Source of the DNA: Raillietiella orientalis | Taxonomy: Eukaryota | Reading direction: 5' to 3' | Assembly: GCA_036172245.1 (NCBI GenBank) | Contig: JAYWIR010000032.1 | Location: 1,860,001 to 1,924,000 of the forward strand | DNA: 64,000 nt | Shown here: positions 25,154 to 36,500 of the stretch, one piece after another | Layout of the letters: every line of letters starts with the position of its first letter | How positions within the stretch are numbered: the first letter of the stretch is position 1 | The notes under the pieces: generated by a model | Told to the model about the DNA's origin: nothing | The model's input: the letters and a program-made list of their open reading frames with translations, nothing else | The model's database searches: none | Position numbers and translations under genes: made by a program

Positions 25154-26349
25154 TCCTACGAAAAGCCTTGCGGAGCGCTGCAAGGTCCCGAATCCTCTTG
25201 AAAGACTTGGTGAATTCGCTCCAGGACTCTGGCTTGGGTATTCCGACCATAACAAGATAGGACTGCAGGTGTGGGAAATTGTGGTCCTCCCACTGGTGTG
25301 CTCCGGCACTCCACATCCTCCAGCAATGCGCTGGAAACGCAGGAATTCTTTGGCTACTACCGCGCAACCTACGCCCGAGGATTGGATTCGGCTACCCCTG
25401 AAGCATCCGACCTCCCTACTGGAAGTGTACTCATGGACCTTCTGCTGCTCCATGAACTGGGACGTCTGGAGGCAGGAAGCTCTGCAGTCCTGGGTTGCAA
25501 CTTGGGAAGTGAGCCCACAGAAACTGCGATCGCTGCATGGTCTCCTACGCAAAACTCTGGGAGATCTCCTGCAGAATTGGACGCAGCGGTTCCGGGTAGC
25601 AGCCACACCCCTTGCTGCAGCTGTGTCTGCCCTCAGGGAGAGAAATGACAACAGCCAATCGGCGGGGTGGGAGTTGTCCTGCAAAATTGAGGGAGTCGAC
25701 AAACTCCTGGACGACTGCAAGACGAGCGAGTTAGTGAACGCTGCCACTCTTCGTTTCCGGGCAAAGGGACTCCTTCGGTGGAGTGACCTACTCGGTGTAT
25801 TCCCTCCTAAGAACTCGTGGACTCCGCCCCCGTGCGTGGACACTACAGTGGAAACGGAATGTCCTGCTGTTTTTGCCTTGGGAGGGATCCCAGTGCCATC
25901 AGCACACACCTCTGGTTTCCGGGGCAGTCGCCTTCCCGAACTATTCCAGGTGCGGCGGAATCGCTCCCGCACCTCCTGTTGGACTGCAGTGCCCTCGAGG
26001 ACTTGTGGCGGAAACTCGCTTCGGCGGTCCGACAGCCGCAGGACACTGCAGCGGACTCGCTGAGACGCTTGTTCACAGAAAGCGGACCGAAGATGGGAGC
26101 TGTGATCGCGAGGATCTGTTCGCATCCGCGCCATCATGGCAGCCCGCCACGTGTTGGGGTCAGGTTCTCGGCGAAGAGAGGACACCAGAATATCAGCGGC
26201 TCTCATGGGGACAGCATCAAGGTGGCCTCATCTACGAGTAGAAGTCTGCAGGGACATTGCCACCATCGACAGTCGCTTGTTGAAGGAAAGGAATGCCTTT
26301 AAGCAAAGATTCTGTACCCACCTTCCCGTCTTTTTTTATTTAGTTGTTG
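25154..26349 (+). repeat. Inverted duplication arm 1b (internal piece of the LINE at 4921-6590)
   Basis: Reverse complement of 5212-6407; identity stops abruptly at both ends. Confidence 0.95.
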
Positions 26350-26469
26350 CCCCTGCCTTTGTTTCCTATTTTTCGGAAGCCTATTCTCCCAAGTACCTTG
26401 ATAGCATGCTGAATTCTAATAACTCGAACTCACCTCCGCCGCCCAACTTGAAAATGGTAGTTCTCACTG

Positions 26470-28250
26470 CGTTAGTTCAAGGAGGCAATGCAAGGGCGTA
26501 TGGGGAAACTGCCAGCTAACAGGGATTTACTGAAGACTTCAACAGTATCTGGTGTTTCCCAAAGGAAAGCCCTGGTTATCGATAGTCGGGGTTTCCCTCC
26601 CTTGCGAGAATTCGGCAACTGTCCCGGAAGAAGTATGCCAAAGGAAGGAAAGGCAAACACCCTCTGCGGTGCCACCGGCATCGAATGCTCGCTCTCGTGG
26701 AGGGATATACAGGTAGGTGAACCAAAGAACGGCGAGTTCTTCGGAGAACACAGACTCTCTCGCCGATGCACGCAAAAAGCTGGAGGCACAGGACAGTGCG
26801 CGGCAAACATCCTCAGCGAGAGCATCCTGGGCTCTAGCCGGAAGAAATGGCGCTCGAGCTACGAACTATCGCAAAATAAAGTGACCACGAGGAACCAGGG
26901 ATGAATGCCAGAGTGGCCATCTGCGAGGAGCACATGAGAAGGGAACTTGCTGCTCGGTTGCCCACGCTGCCACTCGGAGAGTGGAGCGATGTATCGGACT
27001 CCTACAGGGAGAACCTGAAACAAGATGGTCACAGGATGGTCAACGCAGCAACATGCGGTGGCGCTCCCGCGAGGTCCAATGGGAAACAAAGCGACGTGAG
27101 CTCCTCCAGGCTTACCAGTCGCCTCTTCGCAGGAGCACTGAGGAAGGAAATGTACTCCTTGTTTTCGCTGCGGATCGACGAGCAGCGAACTCAGCAGCGG
27201 AGCTCTGTACGGGAAAGCGAGGAGCTGCAGTCGATCGCGCGCTTCCTATGTGGCGGGGAGGAGATGGCGCAACGCGTGCGTGAAGTCCTAGAAAGAGATT
27301 TCCGAAGGTTCAAGAAGTTTCTGCAGGGTCTTCTGGCCGTGGATGCGACTCTGATCGGTAGCGGTCTGAAAGGAAATGCCAGACTGAGAGCTGGCAAAGA
27401 AGCAGCAGGAGAGGAGAAGAAGGAGGCTTGGGTTTCTGCCAGCTCTTGGAACTCGAAGTCAGAGGACTCTGGGAAGGAGCAAAAGGAAGAAGGTGCGCGG
27501 TTTCCTAGAGGACAAAGGGATCGTCTGGATCAAACTGGGAGGCTGCCAAGACCGGGCCAGGATGTTCCGGTGGATGAACAAACTAGAGGAGAGACACTTT
27601 GAGAAGAAAAAGACACGGTAGCATCCCCAGAAACGCGGCGGCGCACCCAGCTGCAAGACGCGCCAGAGACCCCATCTCCCGCAGGCGCACACCAGAACTC
27701 GACAGTCGCAGGACGCCGCCGAGCTTCCTTTTAGGAGAATCAGTGTCCTGAACATTCTGCATCCCGAGTCGGGAGACATGATTGCCACAGGATTGGCTGA
27801 CGAGGGTGCGAGCGACCATCAGCAAGCTGTTCCAGCACACGACGAAGAGGCCGGAAACGAGGGAGAAGTAAGACGGCAGGAAACGGCGACTGCCAAAATT
27901 CAGGGATTGCGCGGCCGTTGTCCCGGGGGACGCGGTCCCCATCTCTCGTACGAGAAGAGCAGCGGGACGGCTCGATCAGGAACTCAAGGTGGAGGGGGGA
28001 ACCTCCTCACTGTCGTGAGAAGAGCGCCACCTTCGACTCTTCCTTCTTCACACCACGCAGACCCACAGGAATCATGTCCATCGCGCCGCGAAACTAACCC
28101 GTCCTATCCCCTATTCATTTGTTTACTCCCTTCGCTCTTCCCTAGCTCTGTTCTCAGCGAAAGTGGCCTTTTTGAATTCGAACCATCCTTTTCTTTCCTC
28201 ATGAATTTTATTTATTCATGCTAAATAAACGGCCGACAAGTACGGGATGA
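26470..28250 (+). mobile_element. Diverged L1/Tx1-like ORF2 3' part and 3'UTR
   Basis: Degenerate GFTEDF (FADD-like), LREFGNCPG...K, KKWRSSYELSQNKV (W...LS..gk-like) and a Cys/His remnant near 27650; pyrimidine-rich UTR ending AATAAACGG-CCG-ACAAGTA-CGG-G (28224-28246). Confidence 0.45.
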
Positions 28251-29237
28251 GGTGGACCGAATGCTTGCAGTAATCCTAAGCGTGGTCAACTGGGATGGCT
28301 AAGGCAAATGGAAGAGATCGCAGAGCGTAGTTCCTTCTTCCTCCCACCAGGTGCCCACATTTTCTCCTGCAGACTCCAGCCCTGCTCTTGCACACTCCCC
28401 ACGACATTTCCTCTCCAAGACGGACAGGGGAAATCCCTACTGGATGAATGCATGGCAGGAAGTCGTAGTGGATTCTCGTCGTGCTGCAGAAGTTGCGACT
28501 GGCAGCAACAGCGAGTGGACAGCGAAAAGCCAAAGAGGAAACCTCCACCCGCAGGGGAACGTTTGTGTTCCTGCCACCCAGCGGCGGTGGAGTTCGCCTC
28601 GCCTTTTCTCGAGAACCAGGCGCTCGGCCCGCCATGAACCTACGCGCCCGCATGGTTGTCTTTGGAGTACCAGTTGCCGTATCTTTTGCATCCGCCGCTC
28701 AGACAAGGAGAAGGCGCTGCGATGGGAAAAAGCTTCTTGGAAGAACTGTTCCCCTCCTGCTTCGTCCCGGATGGATGGTTGCCTCATCTGTGGATCAGCT
28801 GCAGGAAGGCGGGTTTTCCCCGCTCGCATGAACGGCGGCAATGATCTTTGGCGAGGGAAGTTGGCACGGACGTCTTAACTGGTGCCCGATTGAACTGAGT
28901 GCCGTAAGGGGAAGGCAGGAAAACGCAATTTGTGAACCGGACGGACAGAAAGATAAACAAAAAAAAAAACGCTTAAGCCGGCGCGCTATCAGTGTTCAGT
29001 GGAGATGGCACCCTGCGACCCAGTTTGGCACCTGTCCAGCGACCTCTTTGGCGATTCCGTTTAGCCAGACGAACGCGCTGAGCCAGTGGGCCGAAGCTTT
29101 GAGCGTACTCCCGGGAGAACCCGTCGCTCCTCCCCATTGTACAAATGCTTCTGTACCCCTCCCTTCAGTAACGCTATTCCTGCGTGGGGATTTCCCTTGC
29201 CGTAGATGCCTGCACCACGCTACGAGGGGGAACATTT

Positions 29238-29333
29238 GCCCTCGTTGGTGGCCATGTGGCTTCGGTCTCTGTGCGTGGCGTGCCAAGCGTTGCGGGTTCG
29301 AATCCCACCCGGGGAAGGATCGACTAACATTTT
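29238..29333 (+). mobile_element. tRNA-derived SINE-like head (copy I) with Pol III A and B boxes
   Basis: A-box-like TGGCCATGTGG 29249-29259; B box GGTTCGAATCC 29295-29305; family junction GGAAGGATCGAC; TTTT at 29330-29333. Confidence 0.7.
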
Positions 29334-30559
29334 CTACGTTCTATAAGAAATCTAAGGTCATTGTTTTACTTAAGAACCCTTACTACATTGTGAATTATTA
29401 TTATGTAATTAGTAGTCTGAATGTTTAGGGTGTTGTGACGATGAAAGCATCTTATAAAAACTCTCACGATGATAATATAATAATTATTTGATCAAATATT
29501 AGGTGTCGGATCAAATTTTGTTAATTATCAATTAATGAATGAGAAATTGATATTCCATCATGAAAATTAGAACCTATTTCTAATGGAATTAAAGTATATT
29601 TTTTATCATAATTAAATTCTGTAAAATCTTTTCAGTTGAATCCTTCCCTCATTTGGCTCTGGAGCGCGGCCTCCTCTGTTATCTATGGAGGCGTCTGACG
29701 TCACCACCCCTGCATCCCAAGGACGCCCTCGGAGGGGCATTGGGAACAGCAGGAGGCCCTCCATACTGCTTGCTTCTTCGAGAAGATCGCCTTATTTATT
29801 TCCAGCTTCGAGATGGACCCAACTGCAACGGGAGATTCCCACGAAGACCTTGAGGAGGCTGTCGGAGTGGAGCAGCGAACCAGCTGCAACCCGTCCTTTC
29901 CTTTCGAAGTTCTATTCTCTACCTATCATCCCAGTTCCTCACCTAAATCTGAAGAACACCTGCAATTAAGAATACGACCGAGACCTCCCCGATGACCTTT
30001 TTCGGTTCCTTTTTTTGTCTACCGACCTGCGAAGAACTCTGTTCCTTATTCTTGCGTGCTCAGCTTCCTTAAATAAACTTACCCGACCTCGAGGTAACCT
30101 TCTCATACCCGATGGTCCGTTTACTGAAATAAATAGTTGGTCCGTTCATTTGAAATAAATAAACAGTTAGAGTTCTTCCCAACATGCGCACTCTCACTAG
30201 GGACGGAAATTGAGAGGAGTGGATGTCCAAGAGCTTGCGTCCAGCGACGAAATGATTGAATGGGAGGCGGACCAGCGTGAGGTCAGACGGCCCAGAATTC
30301 TCCGAAGGTCGCCCTCCTGACTCATGCCCTGGATCGGACCGTCGTCTTTCACCCTCTGCGACATCTGTCTCCACAACAACTGCAAGTGGTAATGCAGGAT
30401 GTGGCGAAGTGGTCGACCTTGGCCTTCACACCCCTCACCGCAGCACTGTCCTCAGGTCAAGAAAAGAAAACAGCCTACCGGAGAGGTGGGAGTTTTCCTG
30501 TATCATTGTGGGAAAAAAACGAACTCCTTGGCGGCTGGAAGACGGACGAGCCGGCGGAT

Positions 30560-31426
30560 GCTGTCACTCCGCGTGACTTGTCGACGGGACTCCTTGGGTG
30601 GAGCGAACTTTTGAGTGTAGTCCCCGAAAAACTCCTGGTCCCTCCCCATTGTTTTCACACTTTAATGTTCCCTCTCTCTTTCAAGCAGGCCGTGCTGCTC
30701 TTCCTCCTCTAGGGTTCCAGAGCAACGAGAGGGGGCACCTCATTTCCCCGGGGTTGCATCCGAGAACTGTGCCAGCTGCGGGTCGAAGGAATCGGTCCCG
30801 TACCTGCTTCTGGACTGCGCTGCTTTCCAACAACTGTGGCGGAGACTATCAACAGCATTCCTGCACCAGGAGATGCCCGAGATGTGCTGCGACGGGTCAT
30901 CGCGCAGGAGCACTTTCGATGGCGCGGTGGTCATAACCATGGGTTGTATCCGCGCCATCGTCACGGCCCGCCACGTGCCCGAGACGACCGTGCAGCAAAG
31001 GATGATCGCCGGGATGGCAGCTGCCTACATGAGGACGGCCGCAAGGTGACCTTACCGGAAAGAGGCAAACGAAGAGATTGCCGACATCTCATACCGGTTC
31101 AAGGATAGCTAGGAACGGCGGACACCGGCGGCCCTTGTCCCCTGTTTCCCTTTACTTTTTTTTCATTTACCGTCCCCGTTCACTCCACAACTTCCTCGGT
31201 GTTTTTGTTTTCATCTCGGTGCCTCTCGAAGCGAACTCAAAGATTCCTGTCCTATCTTACCGCATTTATTGTTTTTTTGTTGTCCCCCGATCCCCTCCCC
31301 GGTTCCGAACCTCGTTTATCCCGACCTGCGTGCCCATGGGTCTCCCCTTTGTTTTTTGTCGTCGACTGGGAGCTTCGCTGTATTTTCTTTATAAAATAAA
31401 CGTCCCAGCGAGATCGGGTGAGAAAC
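30560..31426 (+). mobile_element. L1/Tx1-like LINE 3' end with 3'UTR
   Basis: CASCGSKESVPYLLLDCAAFQQLWRRL region (about 30770-30850) is homologous to 25950-26020; the UTR ends AATAAACGTCCCAGCGAGATCGGGTGAGAAAC (31395-31426). Confidence 0.7.
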
Positions 31427-31429
31427 TTC

Positions 31430-32150
31430 GTCGTCCTTCGCAAGCAGGGAGATGACGATCGCCAGAGAAACTTCTTCCTCCACTTAGGTCACCGCCTATC
31501 GCACGTTGTCTAGAATCTCCAGCGAGGATGCTACTGGCAATCCTGAGGAAGTGCACACTTCGAAGGAGCTGAAGTATGTCAGCGATGCGCGTCCATCCCC
31601 GACGCAGCCTTCTCAATTGAAGGAGCTCGTTCGGCAGGGTTGCCACTGTCTCGCAGTGGGTGAGCTCGTCGGGCGCTCTCTCCGCCAAGGTGTGGCGCGG
31701 TTCCTCTTTGCAGAGTAGGGCCCAGCGCATCAGAAACATGCCAGTCTGTTGGTTGCGAAGAGGAAGGATGAACACTTCCACCAGGAAGTCCGGGATCTTG
31801 AAGTTTTGGTGGGAAATGCTGAGGAACTCGATTTACCTTTAAGGGTCCCGAGTGACATCTTGTTGCGTGGCTCCGTTCTCCATCCCAGGCGTTTTTCATT
31901 GGGCAACCTGATGAAAAGACTTTCCAGGGCTGAGGAAGTTCATGAGGGAGACTGAGATCTCGGGAGAAGCAGCAGGGAGCTGCTCCAAAAGTGAGCTCTT
32001 CCCGTATGAGATACAATTCCTGGCGTGCGCTGCCCCACGAGGCTGCCCTCAGGAACGGTTCAAGCTGTTCGATTCTTTTGCTAGACAGCCGCCAATCTCT
32101 TTGTGGCCTCCACCCGGACTCCGCCTGCAACCTCAATCGCCATGGTCCCG
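31430..32150 (-). mobile_element. Decayed LINE ORF2 C-terminal fragment
   Basis: LPLRNQQTGMFLMRWALLC...THCETVATLPNELLQLRRLRRGWTRIADIL resembles a degenerate zf-RVT-type region. Confidence 0.45.
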
Positions 32151-34005
32151 GTGAGTGAGCTGGTAAGCTCTAAGGTGCTTTCGTTCGTCCCATAAGCTCA
32201 GAGCCGCCTGTTGCTTTTAAAGTCCTTAGGAAAGAGATGAGTCCTCGGGCCAAGGTGCCTTTATGAGCTCGCAGTGGGCTAAAAGGGAAGGAGCCAAATG
32301 TTTGCCTTATTACTTCAGGTAGAAAGCACGGCACATAACGAGGCATCTTGAGGGAGGACGACTGAGGCTTTTTATCGCAAACGAAGAGATACTTCCGTAG
32401 CAGGACAGATCATTAGGTGGCTGTTTCCATGTATACACGTACTCGATGCCGCTTTGGTGTGCCAGATCTTTAATGTGGCCATATGTTCTCCGGGGGAAGA
32501 TAGGATAGCAGCGTACGTAAGATAGCCCTGACTCTTCGCAGGGGTCTCGGGGTTTTGGTTCCCGTTTCTTTGCATCTTCTGGATGGCCGTGCATTCGGAG
32601 TCGGGGTCTTGCTCGCTACAGCCTTCTAGGTTTCGTACCGTGGATCCTTCTCTTTGTGGACTTCTTGTGGGCTGGCATTGGATGGATGAGTTGTCGTGAG
32701 ATGCGCGGTCGAGTGAGCCGGAAGGATCTCTTCAGGTGCACAGCACCGCTACAATCCAACTTCTTGAGACCATGTTGCGCAGCCTGAGAGTATCTGCAGT
32801 TACTCAAGGTGTACTAACCGTCCGGGTGTCACGCGTAGGGAGGATGCGTCACTTCGAATACCGTTCACTAGATGGCGATGTGTCAGATCCAAGATGGTAA
32901 GAGGAGATTCGCTGTGTAAAAAGGAGGTGCTGAGTACGTCAAGGATGCTCCTGATCTTTGTCTTCTTCCGGTCCACCCCTCCAGATCGCACTTCGCCAAG
33001 CAGCTTCCGCCAGTTCACATGAGAAGCAAGGAAGCGTCATCCAGCTCAGCTGGAGGAAGGACCCATTCACCTTCTCCATCTTAACCGTGATTCTTCTCGG
33101 AAGTCCTAGTAACTTATACGAGTCTGCACCTGGTGAGTGCCTCAGTCGATGTCTTGACACTGCCAGAAAAGATATTGAAAGCAATTATGAAATGCATCAT
33201 TTTCTTCTAAAAGAGCTGGCACATTCCAAGGGCATTCAGCATCTTTGGATCTTTCTGCGTGTAGTATAAGGTTCCCTCCCTGGATCACTCCAAATTCTGC
33301 CATGCTCACGTCACTTGGGTGCACCAAAGGAACAGCAGAGCTTCGCTCCTATTCCCCTTCTATCGATGTAAGGTTCCCTTTACCTTCTTCATGTCCATTG
33401 TCGAATTTTCTGGATATTCCAAGCAGAAGCTGCCCTTCCTTTCTGTGCGGGGCAGAGGACTGAGAAGCCTTCTCAGCATCATGACCTGACCCTGATCCAC
33501 GCAGAAAACGAGATTGCTGGACGTGGTTTCCGTGAGTGCACGGTTTTCAAGAAGCCAGAGGTGGGTCACAGAGAAGGGAAGAACAAGAGAAGAGCGGTCC
33601 GCGCCATAGAGTTTCCCTCTTAGAAAGTATCAAAGATGAGGGAGGCTGTCCGCCTTTCCCGGAAAACCAGCCTAAGGATCCAAGGGCGCAGAGTAAGAGA
33701 AGCAAAAGGTATTTGCACCCTCCCTCTCTTAAGAGTGCTTGCTCTTTTTCTGAGGGAGATAATGAGGGAGATTCCCTGGCGAGGCATCAGGGAGCTTCCA
33801 GAATGGGCCATACTTCCTGGCATATGCTGTCACGAGACTGCGTTCAAGAACGATTCAACCCTTCGTGCTCTTCACGGGAGCTGCCGATCTTCACACTACC
33901 TGGGTGCCGCCTGCAGCCTCCATTCATTGCCGTTCTTCTGCTGAGACATTATAATTCACTTCCTTATTTTCATCTAAATACAGTCGCATCCTCTGAAGTC
34001 ATCTA

Positions 34006-34419
34006 ATGCCTCCACTTTTCCGGAAGCTTGTTTGCGTTGAAAACGCACACAACCTTCGTACCTTGGTAATTTCCCATGCCCTTAACAAAAGTCCCAAAGA
34101 TCTGACTGGAGCAGACAAGGATCCTAAAGACCTACATTCCGGAGACCCACGATTCGAAGGCTTGAGTTCCAGAGATCCAGGATTCAAAGACTTGCATTCA
34201 GAAAAGCAGGGATTCGAAGACCTGCATTCCGGAGATTCGCGTTTGGGAGACTTGGGTTCTGTCAACTTCACGATCTTGATCTTAGAAACTTTGGACGTGA
34301 AGGATCTTGAGAATGTGATTCGCGGTTTGACCAAACTGTTGACTGCACTGACCTCTCTGTGGTATCCTGGCCGGGACTTGGTGATTTGCTTTGCAAGGGA
34401 TGTTACGAGGAGGGAGTAG
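34006..34419 (+). CDS. Possible coding exon or gene remnant of unknown function containing a 10-aa tandem repeat
   Basis: 137-aa open frame with protein-like composition (NLRTLVIS, Leu-rich) and an in-frame 30-nt repeat; exon boundaries not established. Confidence 0.3.
   Translation: MPPLFRKLVCVENAHNLRTLVISHALNKSPKDLTGADKDPKDLHSGDPRFEGLSSRDPGFKDLHSEKQGFEDLHSGDSRLGDLGSVNFTILILETLDVKDLENVIRGLTKLLTALTSLWYPGRDLVICFARDVTRRE
34096..34260 (+). repeat. 30-bp tandem repeat, about 5.5 diverged units
   Basis: Units start at 34096, 34126, 34156, 34186, 34216 and 34246 and encode KDLTGADKDP/KDLHSGDPRF/EGLSSRDPGF/KDLHSEKQGF/EDLHSGDSRL/GDLGS. Confidence 0.85.
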
Positions 34420-35879
34420 AGGGGAGTTACGGGCTGCCACCGTAACCCCCCTCTACTTGGGCCGCCGCCAGAGCTAACCTACGAGTTTGACTTGGGATAG
34501 GCTCTCTGCCTCCGCGGGATTCTGGTGTGTGAGCATCGCACCAAATGTGGGGGGAATCGGGTACTCCTTGATCCTTTCTGAGGGATAAGGCAGCTACAGG
34601 TGTGGCTTGCGCGATGGTGACGGGGACCGTACGTCCAATCCGCGTGCATGTGGGCAGAGGATCCGCAACCCTCAAATAATCGGCGTTTTTTCCCCATTCA
34701 CGTGGATATGTGATTCTTCGGATCAAGGCGATAGCACCCGGGATGATCCGATATGATCCATCGGTTCTCTTGGGAAGCATCCTGGTGTGCAGGGTGCAGG
34801 TGTAGAAGGGATCCAGTCGGATGCTGTTGCCTCGATACGGACCCTTTTTAGATTGCGCGCGCTGGAGAAGAGCAAAAAAATAAAAAAACGAAAGAAGAAA
34901 AAAACAGATGCATTTCTCGGACCAGAAAGCAGATCTCAGAGAGAGCAGCAGGGGAAATCCATCGAGGAGCGTGACGTCATGCGAGCCGCAGGGGAATACG
35001 CTGCTTGATAGCTGCTCCGGGTAATGAATGGCGGCGAAGACAAAAGCTCCAGAGCTAAGGAAACGAGTATCTAGAGCGCCGGAAACGAAGAGATTCTCTC
35101 TGTGGTTAACCTCTCAGTTTGTTTATGGAAATTTCAAGGGAAAAGATAAAGGCCAGTGCTAGGCAGCAGCTTGGGTGGATTCTCTCCGTTGATGCTATCA
35201 TCGGAAGAGAGATGTTTCCCGTCCCTGTTCAGATCGCAGCTGAGCACGGAGAGCAAAACGCTTCTGAACTTGGCAGAAAGCTATGACTGGACCACTCCGA
35301 GGACGTGAGGATTCCAGGGTCCAGGCGCAGCTCCTTCCTCGTGCTCCCTTATGGCAGAGTGCCAGGTTGTCAGGCAGCAGGTCGCTCCTCCCTCTGCTAT
35401 CGGAATGCAACGGAAATTCTTCGCTCTTCCGATGACAGGGTCAACGGAGAGAATCAACCCAAGCCGCCGCCTAGCACCGTCCTTCATATTTTCCTTTGAA
35501 ATCTCCATAAGCAAACGGGAGGTTAATCACATAGTCTGGCATTCCTTGTGGGGAAGATAGGAAGGATGGCTGGACCAGAGGAGTCCATGGGAGGCCATCC
35601 ACGTCGTCTCAACGCAGCAGAGAATGCTTGATTCGGGGAGTTGTCCGTTCTCCACGGTATGGTGTAGGTCTCCGGAGGAAGGCAGAGGAAAAGAGGACAA
35701 GGGGAAGAAGAGATCGAAGGGAAGAAGAAGGGAGGAGGAGCAAGATCGGAAGCGGAGATGGAGATCTCTGGCAATGTTATGGAAGCAAGGAAACATTTGC
35801 ACAAGAGACGCGTCTCTCACGTCGCCCAGGGGAACCCAGCCTCTCCTTGAGGCGAACCCGGAATAGACTCTGTTAGCGC

Positions 35880-36500
35880 TTTATTTCTTGGAAGCCGGGA
35901 GATAGCCGGAAGGCGCGTATTCCGGTTTCCCTCCCACCGAAAGGAAACCTGCGAGAGACGAGCCATGACGTCTGCATGGGAGCTTTGGAGAGCGGTTCCC
36001 TGAAAAGCAATTCTTACATCTCCCCTGGTGCTCATGGGCTGCGGATCCAGTGGGAAAGAAGGATCACGAATCCAGAGAAGATATTTTCCCCTGGGCATCG
36101 TAGCTGCAGGTTCGCAGGCGTCAAGTAATCTTTAGCATTTGTGTGACAGGTCGGCAACGACGCACCAACCGCGGGTGGGCGGGCGAAACGCCGGGAGACC
36201 CGCCTCAGAGATGCATTTGTTTCCGAGAAAGTGGGGATGCATGCAGCAAACGGCAGGAGGCACGTGGGACGGCAACCAAAAGATGCTGGCAAGCAGCCTT
36301 TCCTCCGTGCCGGGATAACTCCGTGGCCGAAAGTGCCGAAGTGGGTAGGGATCCATGGTCTCTGCACCCCCCTCCTTGAAAGCTGCTCTTCGAGAAAACG
36401 CTTTTTTCGGATGCAATAAATGTTCCAGAAGCAGTAACCAAAGATCTTTCAATCATCATCGGCGATGAACCGAGACGCTCCTTTACCCTGCTGGTCCGAA
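35880..36500 (-). mobile_element. Decayed LINE post-RT fragment
   Basis: AFSRRAAFKEGGAETMDP resembles the L.....eGGlg..D motif; the rest is degenerate. Confidence 0.3.

Noticed and set aside
29238..29316. Functional tRNA gene
   Set aside because: No clean anticodon arm or acceptor stem, and it carries the SINE family junction GGATCGAC.
34427..34780. RT motif LPKRTDGSYRII on the minus strand
   Set aside because: A single short motif with no convincing downstream RT motifs.
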